DNA of 26,218 nucleotides, filler included, from an uncultured virus (IMG/VR IMGVR_UViG_2061766007_000564) (taxonomy: Duplodnaviria; Heunggongvirae; Uroviricota; Caudoviricetes). It is 2 parts of one record of this genome, joined end to end, with 100 filler letters (N's around TTAATTAATTAA, not from the genome) between each part and the next. Parts side by side here need not be neighbours in the genome. Positions count along the whole stretch, not along the records: positions 15,903 to 26,218 come from IMGVR_UViG_2061766007_000564; 1 more part is not named here. One strand, 5' to 3'. The notes beneath the pieces were generated by a model. It saw only the letters and a program-made list of their open reading frames with translations. It did not search any database and was not told the origin of the DNA. The stretch's first letter is position 1. Each line of letters begins with the position of its first letter. The position numbers and the translations under genes were made by a program. Shown piece by piece: positions 19,071 to 26,218 of the stretch.

Positions 19071-19106
19071 AAAGGCGGCCGACCCGGTATAGGGCCGGCC
19101 GTTTTT
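19071..19106 (+). terminator. Intrinsic terminator after the M16 peptidase
   Basis: GGCGGCCGACCC-GGTATA-GGGCCGGCCGTT-TTT imperfect stem with U-tract, about 20 nt after the stop. Confidence 0.65.
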
Positions 19107-19140
19107 GCATGGAATACAGTAGTTTACCGGTCACGGGTAG

Positions 19141-19147
19141 ATAAACT
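19141..19147 (+). promoter_or_regulatory. ATAAACT promoter-like motif
   Basis: Intergenic, after the terminator and before GAGGGA and ATG 19168. Confidence 0.6.
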
Positions 19148-19167
19148 CTTGAATTACGAGGGATTCT

Positions 19168-19487
19168 ATGGCAACAGGGTTCGATTTCGAGGAATACTAC
19201 GTCAACGAGAAGATTAAGACCGAGGCGGCAATCGACCGCAGCGGCGTCGTGGTGCAGGACCCTACCGAAGGTGCGGAGACACCCACCAACAACGTGGTGT
19301 ACTATGTCGCCGCAGTGTTCTTCAAGTACAGCGAGACCGACCTGGACTACTCGGCGCTCCCGGAAAACTGCAGGATTTGCATCTCGGAATCCCCGGCGGC
19401 CGACTATCCGCCGACCTATTACTACCTGAGGCCATGGCACGTCCTGGGCGACGTGGCCACCGCCGGGATTTCCAGCACGTGGAACCC
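19168..19487 (+). CDS. N-terminus (MATGFDFEEYY...HVLGDVATAGISSTWN) of the hypothetical protein that continues at 18426-16120 (-)
   Basis: The last ~50 nt are the reverse complement of 18244-18293 and of the equivalent end of the 18304-18426 copy; RBS and ATAAACT upstream. Confidence 0.75.
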
Positions 19488-19497
19488 NNNNNNNNNN

Positions 19498-20261
19498 GGC
19501 ACTCTCGGCAAACTCGATTCCGTTGAAGTTGATTCCGGTAGGGCCGACATAGACAACCAGGTTGGGCTTGCGGAACCGTTCCTCGTATACACGCTTAAAG
19601 TCATCGAAGGTAAAGTTTTCGACGTCCTGACGGCGGCCGATTGCAGCGTACCCGCCGAAAATCTTACGGATACCATTCAGCATGCCGCAGGCGATTGGGT
19701 CGGAGAAGGTGTCACCGTATTCCTGAAGGACGGTCTTCTTCTCGGTCTCGAACATTTCCTCGGTGATATGGCCACTGACACCACCGGTAATCCTGGCAAC
19801 GAACTCCTTGGCGAGGGGTTCCACCCTGGAGGTGAGGCCAGTGATGTGGAATACCACGATGTCGCAACTGGTGTAGGCGTTCGCCTGGATACCGTTCTCC
19901 TGGAACGTGTCGCGGAGGTCGTCATAGTTATGGCAGACCATGTGTTCCATGAGGTGCGACGTACCNNNNNNNNNNGGACACCACCGGTAATCCTGGCAAC
20001 GAACTCCTTGGCGAGGGATTCCACCCTGGAGGTGAGGCCGGTGATGTGGAATACCACGATGTCGCAGCTGGTGTAGGCGTTCGCCTGGATACCGTTCTCC
20101 TGGAACGTGTCGCGTAGGTCGTCATAGTTATGGCAGACCATGTGTTCCATGAGGTGCGACGTACCGTACTCGCCATCCTTTTCGTAGATGCCGCCGGCAT
20201 TGCCGTAGATTACGTAGACGCCGGACATTGCCAGCGGGTTGATTTCGTTTATGATGCTCAT
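19498..20261 (-). CDS. N-terminal half of M16 (insulinase/pitrilysin-family) zinc peptidase
   Basis: GTSHLMEHMV (inverted zinc motif HxxEH), NAYTS, EKKTVLQE. ATG overlaps the sbcC stop (ATGA). 19777-19965 is duplicated at 19977-20165 across a 10-N gap. Confidence 0.9.
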
Positions 20262-22495
20262 AGCTTCTCCAATTCTCCTAGAGTTGAATAGTTACCGTCA
20301 TATTCCACAGCAATCCTGTAGTCGAACTTGTCGGCCACAACGGAGCCCCTGTGGGTAATCACCAGCGCACACCCGATTTCCTCGGCCATGTCGCGCACGA
20401 TGTCAAGCATTTCCCTCATGCCGCTATCGTCGGTAGAGATGTCAAGCACCTCGTCCATCGACAGGAAGTTAATCTTGAAGTTTCCGACCATGGTGACGAA
20501 GTCGCGGAAGGCCATCGAGATGGCAAACCCGAGCTTCCTCTGCTGTCCCTGGGAAAGCATTTCATAGGACGGAGCAAGACCCGGGTCGGCGTGGTAGGTG
20601 AACGACATCGAATCGTCGAATTCCATGCTGAACGGCAGGTTAAGCCGACGGATATTGCGTTCGACGCTACGGTTGAATTCCGGCACGAACTTGCTGAAAA
20701 TCATCTTCTTGATGCCGTCGTCCGCGCACATGTTCTTGCCGATGTACTCGTAGGCAAGCCGGTTGTCGCTTTCGGTATGCAGCCTGAGTTCGGCATTTGC
20801 CAAGTCGTCCTTGGCGTCAGCCAGCTGCTTCTCGGTCAAAGCGAGCGAATCGTCGCTCGCTCGCCGCTTTGCCTCGGCAATCTCATTGTTCAGCCTTGAC
20901 ACGTTGGCGTTGATGCCATCGTATTCGGACTGTGCGGCGGCAATCGCCGGAGTATACGAATTCCATTCATCATAGGCGGCCTGCCACTTGGCCCGGATTT
21001 CCGGGAACTTCTGCTTTTCGGCAGTCAGCCTGTCAATTTCCGCACTGAACTGTGCCGGGTCAATGCCGGCAGCAGCGACAACGCCCTCGGACTGTGCAAC
21101 CGCAGCCCGTAGAGAATTGACCGCAGATGCCACCGGGGCAACTTCCTTGTTGTAGAACTCCACAATGCCGGCAAGTTCCTTCTCGATGTCGGTCTTGGAC
21201 TGCTCGTCCGTTCCGATTGATGCGAGAAGTTCGCCCAACAGCTTACCCTGGTCGGCGGCAAGCGCCTTCTGTGCGTTGGCCTTGTCCCTGAGTTCAACCC
21301 AGCGACGCCTGAACTCGGCCTTGTGCTTCTCGATATCCTCTTCCGTGGAGGGTTTACCGCACGTCGGGCACGGCACACCGGGTTTCATTGCCTTAGCCTG
21401 TGCCGTTATATCGTTCATCTGCGACTCGAACCCGGCAGCCTTGGCATTTGCCGTGGCTATATCGCCTTCTATGCCCCTGCGCTGTTCAGCCTTCCTGGTA
21501 AGGGATGCATTCAGGGCGGCGAGCTGGTTCTTCAACACCTCGCTAGGCATGGCATTGTACTTCTCGGTCACTGCCTGCAGCTCCGCTTCCTTGGCAGCAA
21601 GCTCGTCACGGTTCCTCTTGAGCACGCTTATCTCGGTTCCGGCTGCATTGATTCTGGCAAGAGCCTGGTCAATGGCGCTCTCTCCGGCCACCGCCGCGGC
21701 ATATCCGTCAATCTCGGTCTTCTTTGCATTGGCCTGGGCGGCAAGACCGTTCAGTTTCTCGGTAGCAGGTGCCAACTTAGCACGCCATTCGGCCAGCTGC
21801 TGCTCAAGCAGCTCGACGTTGGCCTGCTTTTCCTGCTTTAGCCGGTCGCATATCTCGGTCAGCTTCGTAATTTCCCCGTTGATACGGGTGATGTCGCTTT
21901 CCGCGATGTCGAAAGCCGTACAAGCGGCGGACAGCCTGCTCGCTGTCTCCTTTTTCCAGGCATCCCAGGAAACCATGATGATTGCCTCGAGCATAGCCCG
22001 GCGTTCCTTCGCCGACATCTCAAGGAACGGAATCGATTCCTGGGTATTCATCGCAATAGTGTTCTTGAACAGAATCTCACTGAACCCCAGGATGCCGGTC
22101 TCGAAGTCCTTCTGCCCGTACCCGGCACGCTTGCTCTGGGACACCCAGACGTCGCCCTCCAGCTTCTCCACCTCGAACTTGGTGGTTCCCTTCGGTGAAA
22201 TCGACCTCGTCACGCGGTACGACTCGACTATCCCGGCAACCTTCTCGCAGTCAAACTCGAGAATTACCCGGAGGGTCCCGTCGACGTTCCTGGTATTCCT
22301 CAGGTCGCTCTTGTTTCCGCCACGGTAAGACGTGCCGAACAGGGCAAAGTTGATTGCCTCGACCAGAGTCGACTTTCCCGAGCCGTTGTCGGCGGACATC
22401 CAGACCAGGCCGTTCGGGAACGTGAATTCGTTCACGTTGTTGCCGTAACTCATGAAGTTATTGAATACACAACTCTTAAGCGTAAGATTGTTCAT
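20258..22495 (-). CDS. sbcC: SbcC/Rad50-family SMC-like ATPase (T4 gp46-like recombination nuclease subunit), 745 aa
   Basis: Walker A DNGSGKST, Q-loop MNTQE, long coiled coils with central zinc hook CPTCG, signature LSQGQ, Walker B LSMDE, H-loop VITH; NFMSYGN start as in gp46. Confidence 0.95.
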   Translation of the reverse strand: MNNLTLKSCVFNNFMSYGNNVNEFTFPNGLVWMSADNGSGKSTLVEAINFALFGTSYRGGNKSDLRNTRNVDGTLRVILEFDCEKVAGIVESYRVTRSISPKGTTKFEVEKLEGDVWVSQSKRAGYGQKDFETGILGFSEILFKNTIAMNTQESIPFLEMSAKERRAMLEAIIMVSWDAWKKETASRLSAACTAFDIAESDITRINGEITKLTEICDRLKQEKQANVELLEQQLAEWRAKLAPATEKLNGLAAQANAKKTEIDGYAAAVAGESAIDQALARINAAGTEISVLKRNRDELAAKEAELQAVTEKYNAMPSEVLKNQLAALNASLTRKAEQRRGIEGDIATANAKAAGFESQMNDITAQAKAMKPGVPCPTCGKPSTEEDIEKHKAEFRRRWVELRDKANAQKALAADQGKLLGELLASIGTDEQSKTDIEKELAGIVEFYNKEVAPVASAVNSLRAAVAQSEGVVAAAGIDPAQFSAEIDRLTAEKQKFPEIRAKWQAAYDEWNSYTPAIAAAQSEYDGINANVSRLNNEIAEAKRRASDDSLALTEKQLADAKDDLANAELRLHTESDNRLAYEYIGKNMCADDGIKKMIFSKFVPEFNRSVERNIRRLNLPFSMEFDDSMSFTYHADPGLAPSYEMLSQGQQRKLGFAISMAFRDFVTMVGNFKINFLSMDEVLDISTDDSGMREMLDIVRDMAEEIGCALVITHRGSVVADKFDYRIAVEYDGNYSTLGELEKL

Positions 22496-22511
22496 GACAC
22501 AAATATAGCAA
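22496..22511 (-). promoter_or_regulatory. TTGCTATATTTGTGTC-ATG promoter-like element abutting the sbcC start
   Basis: 15/16 identical to the element abutting the rnh start (25595-25610); no SD; follows a terminator. Confidence 0.7.
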
Positions 22512-22527
22512 TTTCTGGCCTACTACG

Positions 22528-22557
22528 CAAAATGCCGGCCTCTCGGCCGGCATTTTG
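22528..22557 (-). terminator. Intrinsic terminator (symmetric, potentially bidirectional)
   Basis: CAAAATGCCGGCC-TCTC-GGCCGGCATTTTG, a perfect 13-bp stem about 20 nt after the stop at 22577. Confidence 0.85.
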
Positions 22558-22576
22558 TCTATGTATGGAGGAATTT

Positions 22577-23544
22577 CTAGGCTTCCGGGGCGGACTTCTG
22601 CACGTTGGAGATGACGGAATCCATGTCGATGTCGTCCATCACTTCGTCCATCCCCTCGAAGGCGGAGTCGACTTCGTCAGTGACTGCCGGTGTATCGGGG
22701 GCCTTGACCGGTTCCTTGGTTTCGGGCCCGGCTTCCACTGCCTTGGCGGTGCCGGCGACAACGGATACCTTTTTCTTCTTGGCGGGGGTCTTCGCCTTCT
22801 TGGCGGCGGTCACCTTCTTCCTGGACTTCGGCTTGGCCTTCTCGTCCATGATGGCGATTGCCTCGTTGCGGGCGTCAAGCTCTTCCTTTGTCGGGAGGGA
22901 ATCCTGCTGTTCCCTGTCGAAAGCCTCGACGAGGGCTTCGTCGGCGGCCTCTTCCGGGGTAGACGGGACTTCCTCCGTGCCTACCTTGACCTGGATGGTC
23001 GATTCGGCGGCAGCCGCCTCGGAATCGTCCTTCGCGAACTCGGTCTTGATGTCGAGAACCGGGAGGGCGACCTTCATCCTTGCAAGGGTCGTCTCGGTAA
23101 GGCAGAGTTCCTTGCGGATTTCCAGGTCGGTCTTGCCCTGGTCGATGAGTTCCTGCAGGGAAGTGTACAAGGTGGAGGACTCGATGATGTTGCGGCGTTC
23201 CGTCTCGAACATCTGTTCGAGGAGGGCGTGGTCGAAGTCGTGCGTCTTGGATTCGACGTACTGGACGATGTCCTCGAAGAACTGGCCCTTGAAGATAAGC
23301 TTGTCAATCCTGGCCCTGGTAATCGGCATGGCCGCCTCGGCCGACTTCTCCACTGCCGGGGACGGGGCTTCCGGGGCCTTTTCGGGGGGTTCGCTCTTGG
23401 CGAACAGCTTCTCGGTTTCCGGGTTCACCGGGACATGCATGTACATCTCCCTGGCCTTCTGCATGTTGAGGTCCTGTACGTCGANNNNNNNNNNTATGCA
23501 TGTACATCTCCCTGGCCTTCTGCATGTTGAGGTCCTGGACGTCG
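22577..23544 (-). CDS. Acidic/Lys-Ala-rich protein with HTH-like segment; 5' end in gap, possibly the C-terminal part of the glycosyltransferase gene
   Basis: The frame is open back to the gap (DVQDLNMQKAREMY...) with no RBS before the Met. LQELIDQGKTDLEIRKELCLTETTLARMK is HTH-like; AAKKAKTPAKKKK basic patch. Confidence 0.7.
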
Positions 23545-23652
23545 ANNNNNNNNNNNNNNNNNNNNNNNNNNNNNNNNNNNNNNNNNNNNNNNNNNNNNNN
23601 NNNNNNNNNNNNNNNNNNNNNNNNNNNNNNNNNNNNNNNNNNNNNNNNNNNN

Positions 23653-24165
23653 ACGGAAAAGCGTGACGCCGGTGTTGGGGAATGCGTTGTATGCGGGGAA
23701 GAATCCTTCGGGTTCCCGGCGGGTATGGCAGAAGCAGTCAATCTGTGTGCCGACGCGGTAGCGGGTCGGTTCCTTGGACGACATGTGCTTCACGTAGAAT
23801 GTCACAGCGGCGACGCTGCGCGGAATCATGTCGACGTATTCGACGATGCTGCGGGCGCGGGCCGGGGAAATCCACAGGAAATCGTGTTCGTCCAGGCAGA
23901 TGCACCATTCCTCGAATTCGCGACGGGAAACATAGTCCTGGATGATTTCGCTCTTGTACTGCCATCGTTCGTCACGCGGGGCGAGTACGACGTGTTCCTG
24001 GCGCTTGGCACAGACTTCTTCCAGCCAAGTGTGGTTTCCGCTGTCACAGACGAAGATTGTGTCGAAACCGAGGGCGATATGGTAGTTGAGCCATTCCTCG
24101 AAGTCGAGCCGGTTGTCTGTCTTTACCTGCACGAGGCAGTTTACTGCAAGTCTCTGATTCTGCAT
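23653..24165 (-). CDS. Glycosyltransferase family 2/92-like protein (GT-A fold), 3' end in gap
   Basis: GAGGA RBS before ATG 24165. FEEWLNYHIALGFDTIFVCDSG and WCICLDEHDFL match the 'EWxxYHxxxGxxxxxxYDN' and 'WxxxxDxDEF' motifs of Glyco_tranf_2_4/GT92-like proteins. Confidence 0.75.
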
Positions 24166-24205
24166 AGTCAATTCCTCTTTGGGAACTAAACTATGCCATT
24201 TCGGG

Positions 24206-25594
24206 CTAGAATATTACGTCGATATCCGACAATTCGGCATCCAGGCCTATATTATCGGCCGTAACTACGTCTTCCGGGAGTTCAATCTTGGGCTTTTCGG
24301 CCTCGGCTCGGTACCTGGTGAACAGGTTGGCGTTGAACGGGAGCCCTCCCTTTGCCGGGTTTACGCAGTAGAACCCGGTGGCCTGGAGACGCATGTAGTT
24401 GTTCCTGGCCATGTCGGGGACATCCCAGAACTCGAACCGTTCGAACCCGGCGGGGGACGCCGGTTCGGGGCAGGCATCCATCGAAGTCTCAATCTCCCGG
24501 CTGACTTCGGCCGGAATGCGGGAAAGGTCGATAAGGGTACGGTTCCTCATGTACTGGTCCGCCCAGCCGTTCTTCTTTGCGGTCTCGTACACGTTCGGGC
24601 ACGACTCGAGGAGTATGTGGGCGCTGCCGGTGGCAATCTGGGTCGTCTTCTCCCCGTAATAGAGGCCCACCTTGCCTTTCCGGGTATCCACGAAGGCCAT
24701 CCCGTTGATATTGTCCGCACTGTCCCCGGCAAGCACCTTGCCGTCCAGGTACCCTACCGGGTCCGGCTCGACGATGAATGTGTCGGTCTGGTGGTTGAAC
24801 AGTTTCACCTTGCTTGATGCCAGCTGGGCCATGTCGGAGTCCCTGGTGATTACGATTACGTCGTCGCAATCTCCCGCATACTTGCGTATCGTCGCATAGA
24901 TTATGTCGTCACCCTCCGCGTGGTGGCACTGGATGGCCCTGGCCCTGAACAGCGGTGCCAGTTCCTGGGCGAACCTCTCCCGGTACTCGGCCCACACCTT
25001 CTTCTCGGTAGAGAACTTCCACGGCTTTGACTTGCGCTGTCCCTTGTACGACGGCAGAATCGGGTCTCCGCCTGGCGTATAGATTCCCCAGAACATCCTC
25101 TGCTGCTTCTCCGGCATGTCCTTGAGCTTCCTGTGCTTCAGTTCGGACAGCTTTGCCCTGTCCTTTATGCTCAGCTGGGTAACTGCGTATCCGCCATCGG
25201 CAGCCTGCTGCACCATGTACAGGTAGTTGTCGGACAGGACGTAGTATTCGCTCTTGTTGTAGTAGATTTCGGCATGCTCGCCGTAGTATTCCTCGACGAA
25301 CTTGCGCCGCCACGCCGCCTTGCCTTCCAGTGCGAACACCAGGTGTCTCGGGTTGAACAGCGCTATGTACTCCATTACGCGGTCAATCATCTTCGTGCGC
25401 CACAGCTCGAGCTCGCCCTCCGAATCCAGGAGGCCGTACTTCTCGCGGTTCTTGTCGGAGCCGATTGAATGGAACAGGTGGTACGACAGTGACGCCCAGT
25501 CTATGATGACGAGGCGGTTGTCCACGTACGGGTAACTTGTGACAGGCGCTTCCTTGAAGAGCGCCTTGGATGCATCTTTCTTAGGTTTGGCCAT
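24206..25594 (-). CDS. rnh: T4 RNase H-like 5'-3' exonuclease/flap endonuclease (462 aa)
   Basis: FEN-family motifs LVIIDW, ALEGKAAWRR, YKGQRK, EGDDII, ITRDSDMAQL, LAGDSADNING, and RNRTLIDLSRIP. Confidence 0.9.
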   Translation of the reverse strand: MAKPKKDASKALFKEAPVTSYPYVDNRLVIIDWASLSYHLFHSIGSDKNREKYGLLDSEGELELWRTKMIDRVMEYIALFNPRHLVFALEGKAAWRRKFVEEYYGEHAEIYYNKSEYYVLSDNYLYMVQQAADGGYAVTQLSIKDRAKLSELKHRKLKDMPEKQQRMFWGIYTPGGDPILPSYKGQRKSKPWKFSTEKKVWAEYRERFAQELAPLFRARAIQCHHAEGDDIIYATIRKYAGDCDDVIVITRDSDMAQLASSKVKLFNHQTDTFIVEPDPVGYLDGKVLAGDSADNINGMAFVDTRKGKVGLYYGEKTTQIATGSAHILLESCPNVYETAKKNGWADQYMRNRTLIDLSRIPAEVSREIETSMDACPEPASPAGFERFEFWDVPDMARNNYMRLQATGFYCVNPAKGGLPFNANLFTRYRAEAEKPKIELPEDVVTADNIGLDAELSDIDVIF

Positions 25595-25610
25595 GTCACA
25601 AATATAGCAA
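25595..25610 (-). promoter_or_regulatory. TTGCTATATTTGTGAC-ATG promoter-like element abutting the rnh start
   Basis: Near-identical to 22496-22511; fills almost the whole 17-nt intergenic gap. Confidence 0.7.
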
Positions 25611-25611
25611 A

Positions 25612-26016
25612 TTACTGCCCGGCAGTCTTGCGCCTTGCGGGTGCCTTCCTTCCGGCCGGCCTTTCCGCGGCAGCGAACGCCTCGTCATGGACCCTGTCCA
25701 GCGCATGGAGCGTGTCGTTCACGTCACGGAGTGCGCCGCAGGTAATCTTGGACTTCGGGACGTTCGGCATATCGCAGGCTGCACGGTTCGCCGCCGGGAA
25801 TTCCCGGATTCGGTCGACCAGCCCGTCGTCATACAGCTTCTTGATTGCCTTCGGCACCATGCCGACTTTAGCCTTCTGGGCAAGCTTGGCCGCCAGGGTG
25901 CCGAGCAGGGAGGCCTCGGTGGAACAGTTCTCGTCAACCTTCCAGCGGAACCTGCCGTCGCCCATGTTTGCGTACAGGGTATCGACAAGGTACTTGACGG
26001 CGGACGCGATGAGTTC
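25612..26016 (-). CDS. Hypothetical protein, 5'-truncated by gap
   Basis: The frame stays open upstream of Met 25965 (ELIASAVKYLVDTLYANMGDGRF...) to the N gap; TAA at 25612. Confidence 0.65.
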   Translation of the reverse strand, partial: ELIASAVKYLVDTLYANMGDGRFRWKVDENCSTEASLLGTLAAKLAQKAKVGMVPKAIKKLYDDGLVDRIREFPAANRAACDMPNVPKSKITCGALRDVNDTLHALDRVHDEAFAAAERPAGRKAPARRKTAGQ

Positions 26017-26027
26017 NNNNNNNNNNC

Positions 26028-26218
26028 ATGCTCAAGGACCGCCTGGTCAGCAATACGGAGTTCGACGACGAGGTCCTGCTGGACACGGAGGCCACTTTCG
26101 GCGTCCGCTCGCTCGGCTCGGCCAACGAGGTGCTCGGGTTCCTCCGGTCGAACGGACTGTCCAACGGAAGGGAGATTACGTCCGAGGGAATCAGGCTCGC
26201 ATACCGGATTTCCCGGGT
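26028..26218 (+). CDS. Partial hypothetical CDS (MLKDRLVSNTEFDDEVLLDTEATFGVRSLG...)
   Basis: Open + frame with strong GC3 bias from the gap to the window end. Opposite strand to its neighbour, so it may be another flipped contig. Confidence 0.5.
   Translation, partial: MLKDRLVSNTEFDDEVLLDTEATFGVRSLGSANEVLGFLRSNGLSNGREITSEGIRLAYRISR

Noticed and set aside
18244..19554. Shufflon or invertase-controlled switch
   Set aside because: The inverted repeats are ordinary coding overlaps ending at scaffold gaps, no recombinase is present, and the shown orientation breaks two genes.
4267..24192. Third promoter motif TAGTTT upstream of the 4254 (-), 19168 (+) and 24165 (-) starts
   Set aside because: Only a 6-mer with variable flanks and spacing, and partly the reverse complement of AAACT(A); too weak to call, though it fits a TAnnnT -10 pattern.
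25055..25297. Intein or intron in rnh
   Set aside because: No C/S start or HN-C/S/T end, no homing-endonuclease motif, frame uninterrupted, and too short for a typical intein.
142..26164. Numerous overlapping antisense or alternate-frame ORFs (e.g. 568-1485 -, 8296-9285 -, 21165-22328 +, 22605-23666 +)
   Set aside because: Shadow ORFs expected opposite GC3-rich genes; no RBS or recognisable motifs.

Overview
Fragment of a large tailed (probably jumbo, T4-like) bacteriophage from a strain-heterogeneous metagenomic assembly. It is two scaffolds joined by a synthetic 100-bp linker (44 N + TTAATTAATTAA + 44 N, 15803-15902). The left scaffold has three unknown proteins (two strongly acidic, possibly head-associated), then a + strand cluster of fibre/adhesin genes (5512-15802). 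That cluster holds four small fibre-like proteins, two long HxH-rich fibres built from shared shuffled modules, and a DUF285/BspA-like repeat protein. The right scaffold has a gap-broken unknown protein, an M16 (HxxEH) peptidase, SbcC/Rad50/gp46, a GT2/GT92-like glycosyltransferase possibly fused to an HTH/acidic tail, and a T4 RNase H-like 5'-3' exonuclease. Main observations: (1) C- and N-terminal motif types match between consecutive fibre genes, suggesting head-to-tail docking; (2) an 89-aa fibre repeat is almost invariant in protein but heavily recoded in DNA; (3) there are two recurring promoter-like motifs. The apparent inversion at 18437-19487 and the duplications beside 10-N gaps are most likely assembly artefacts. 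Family calls come from motifs recognised by eye; no searches were run.
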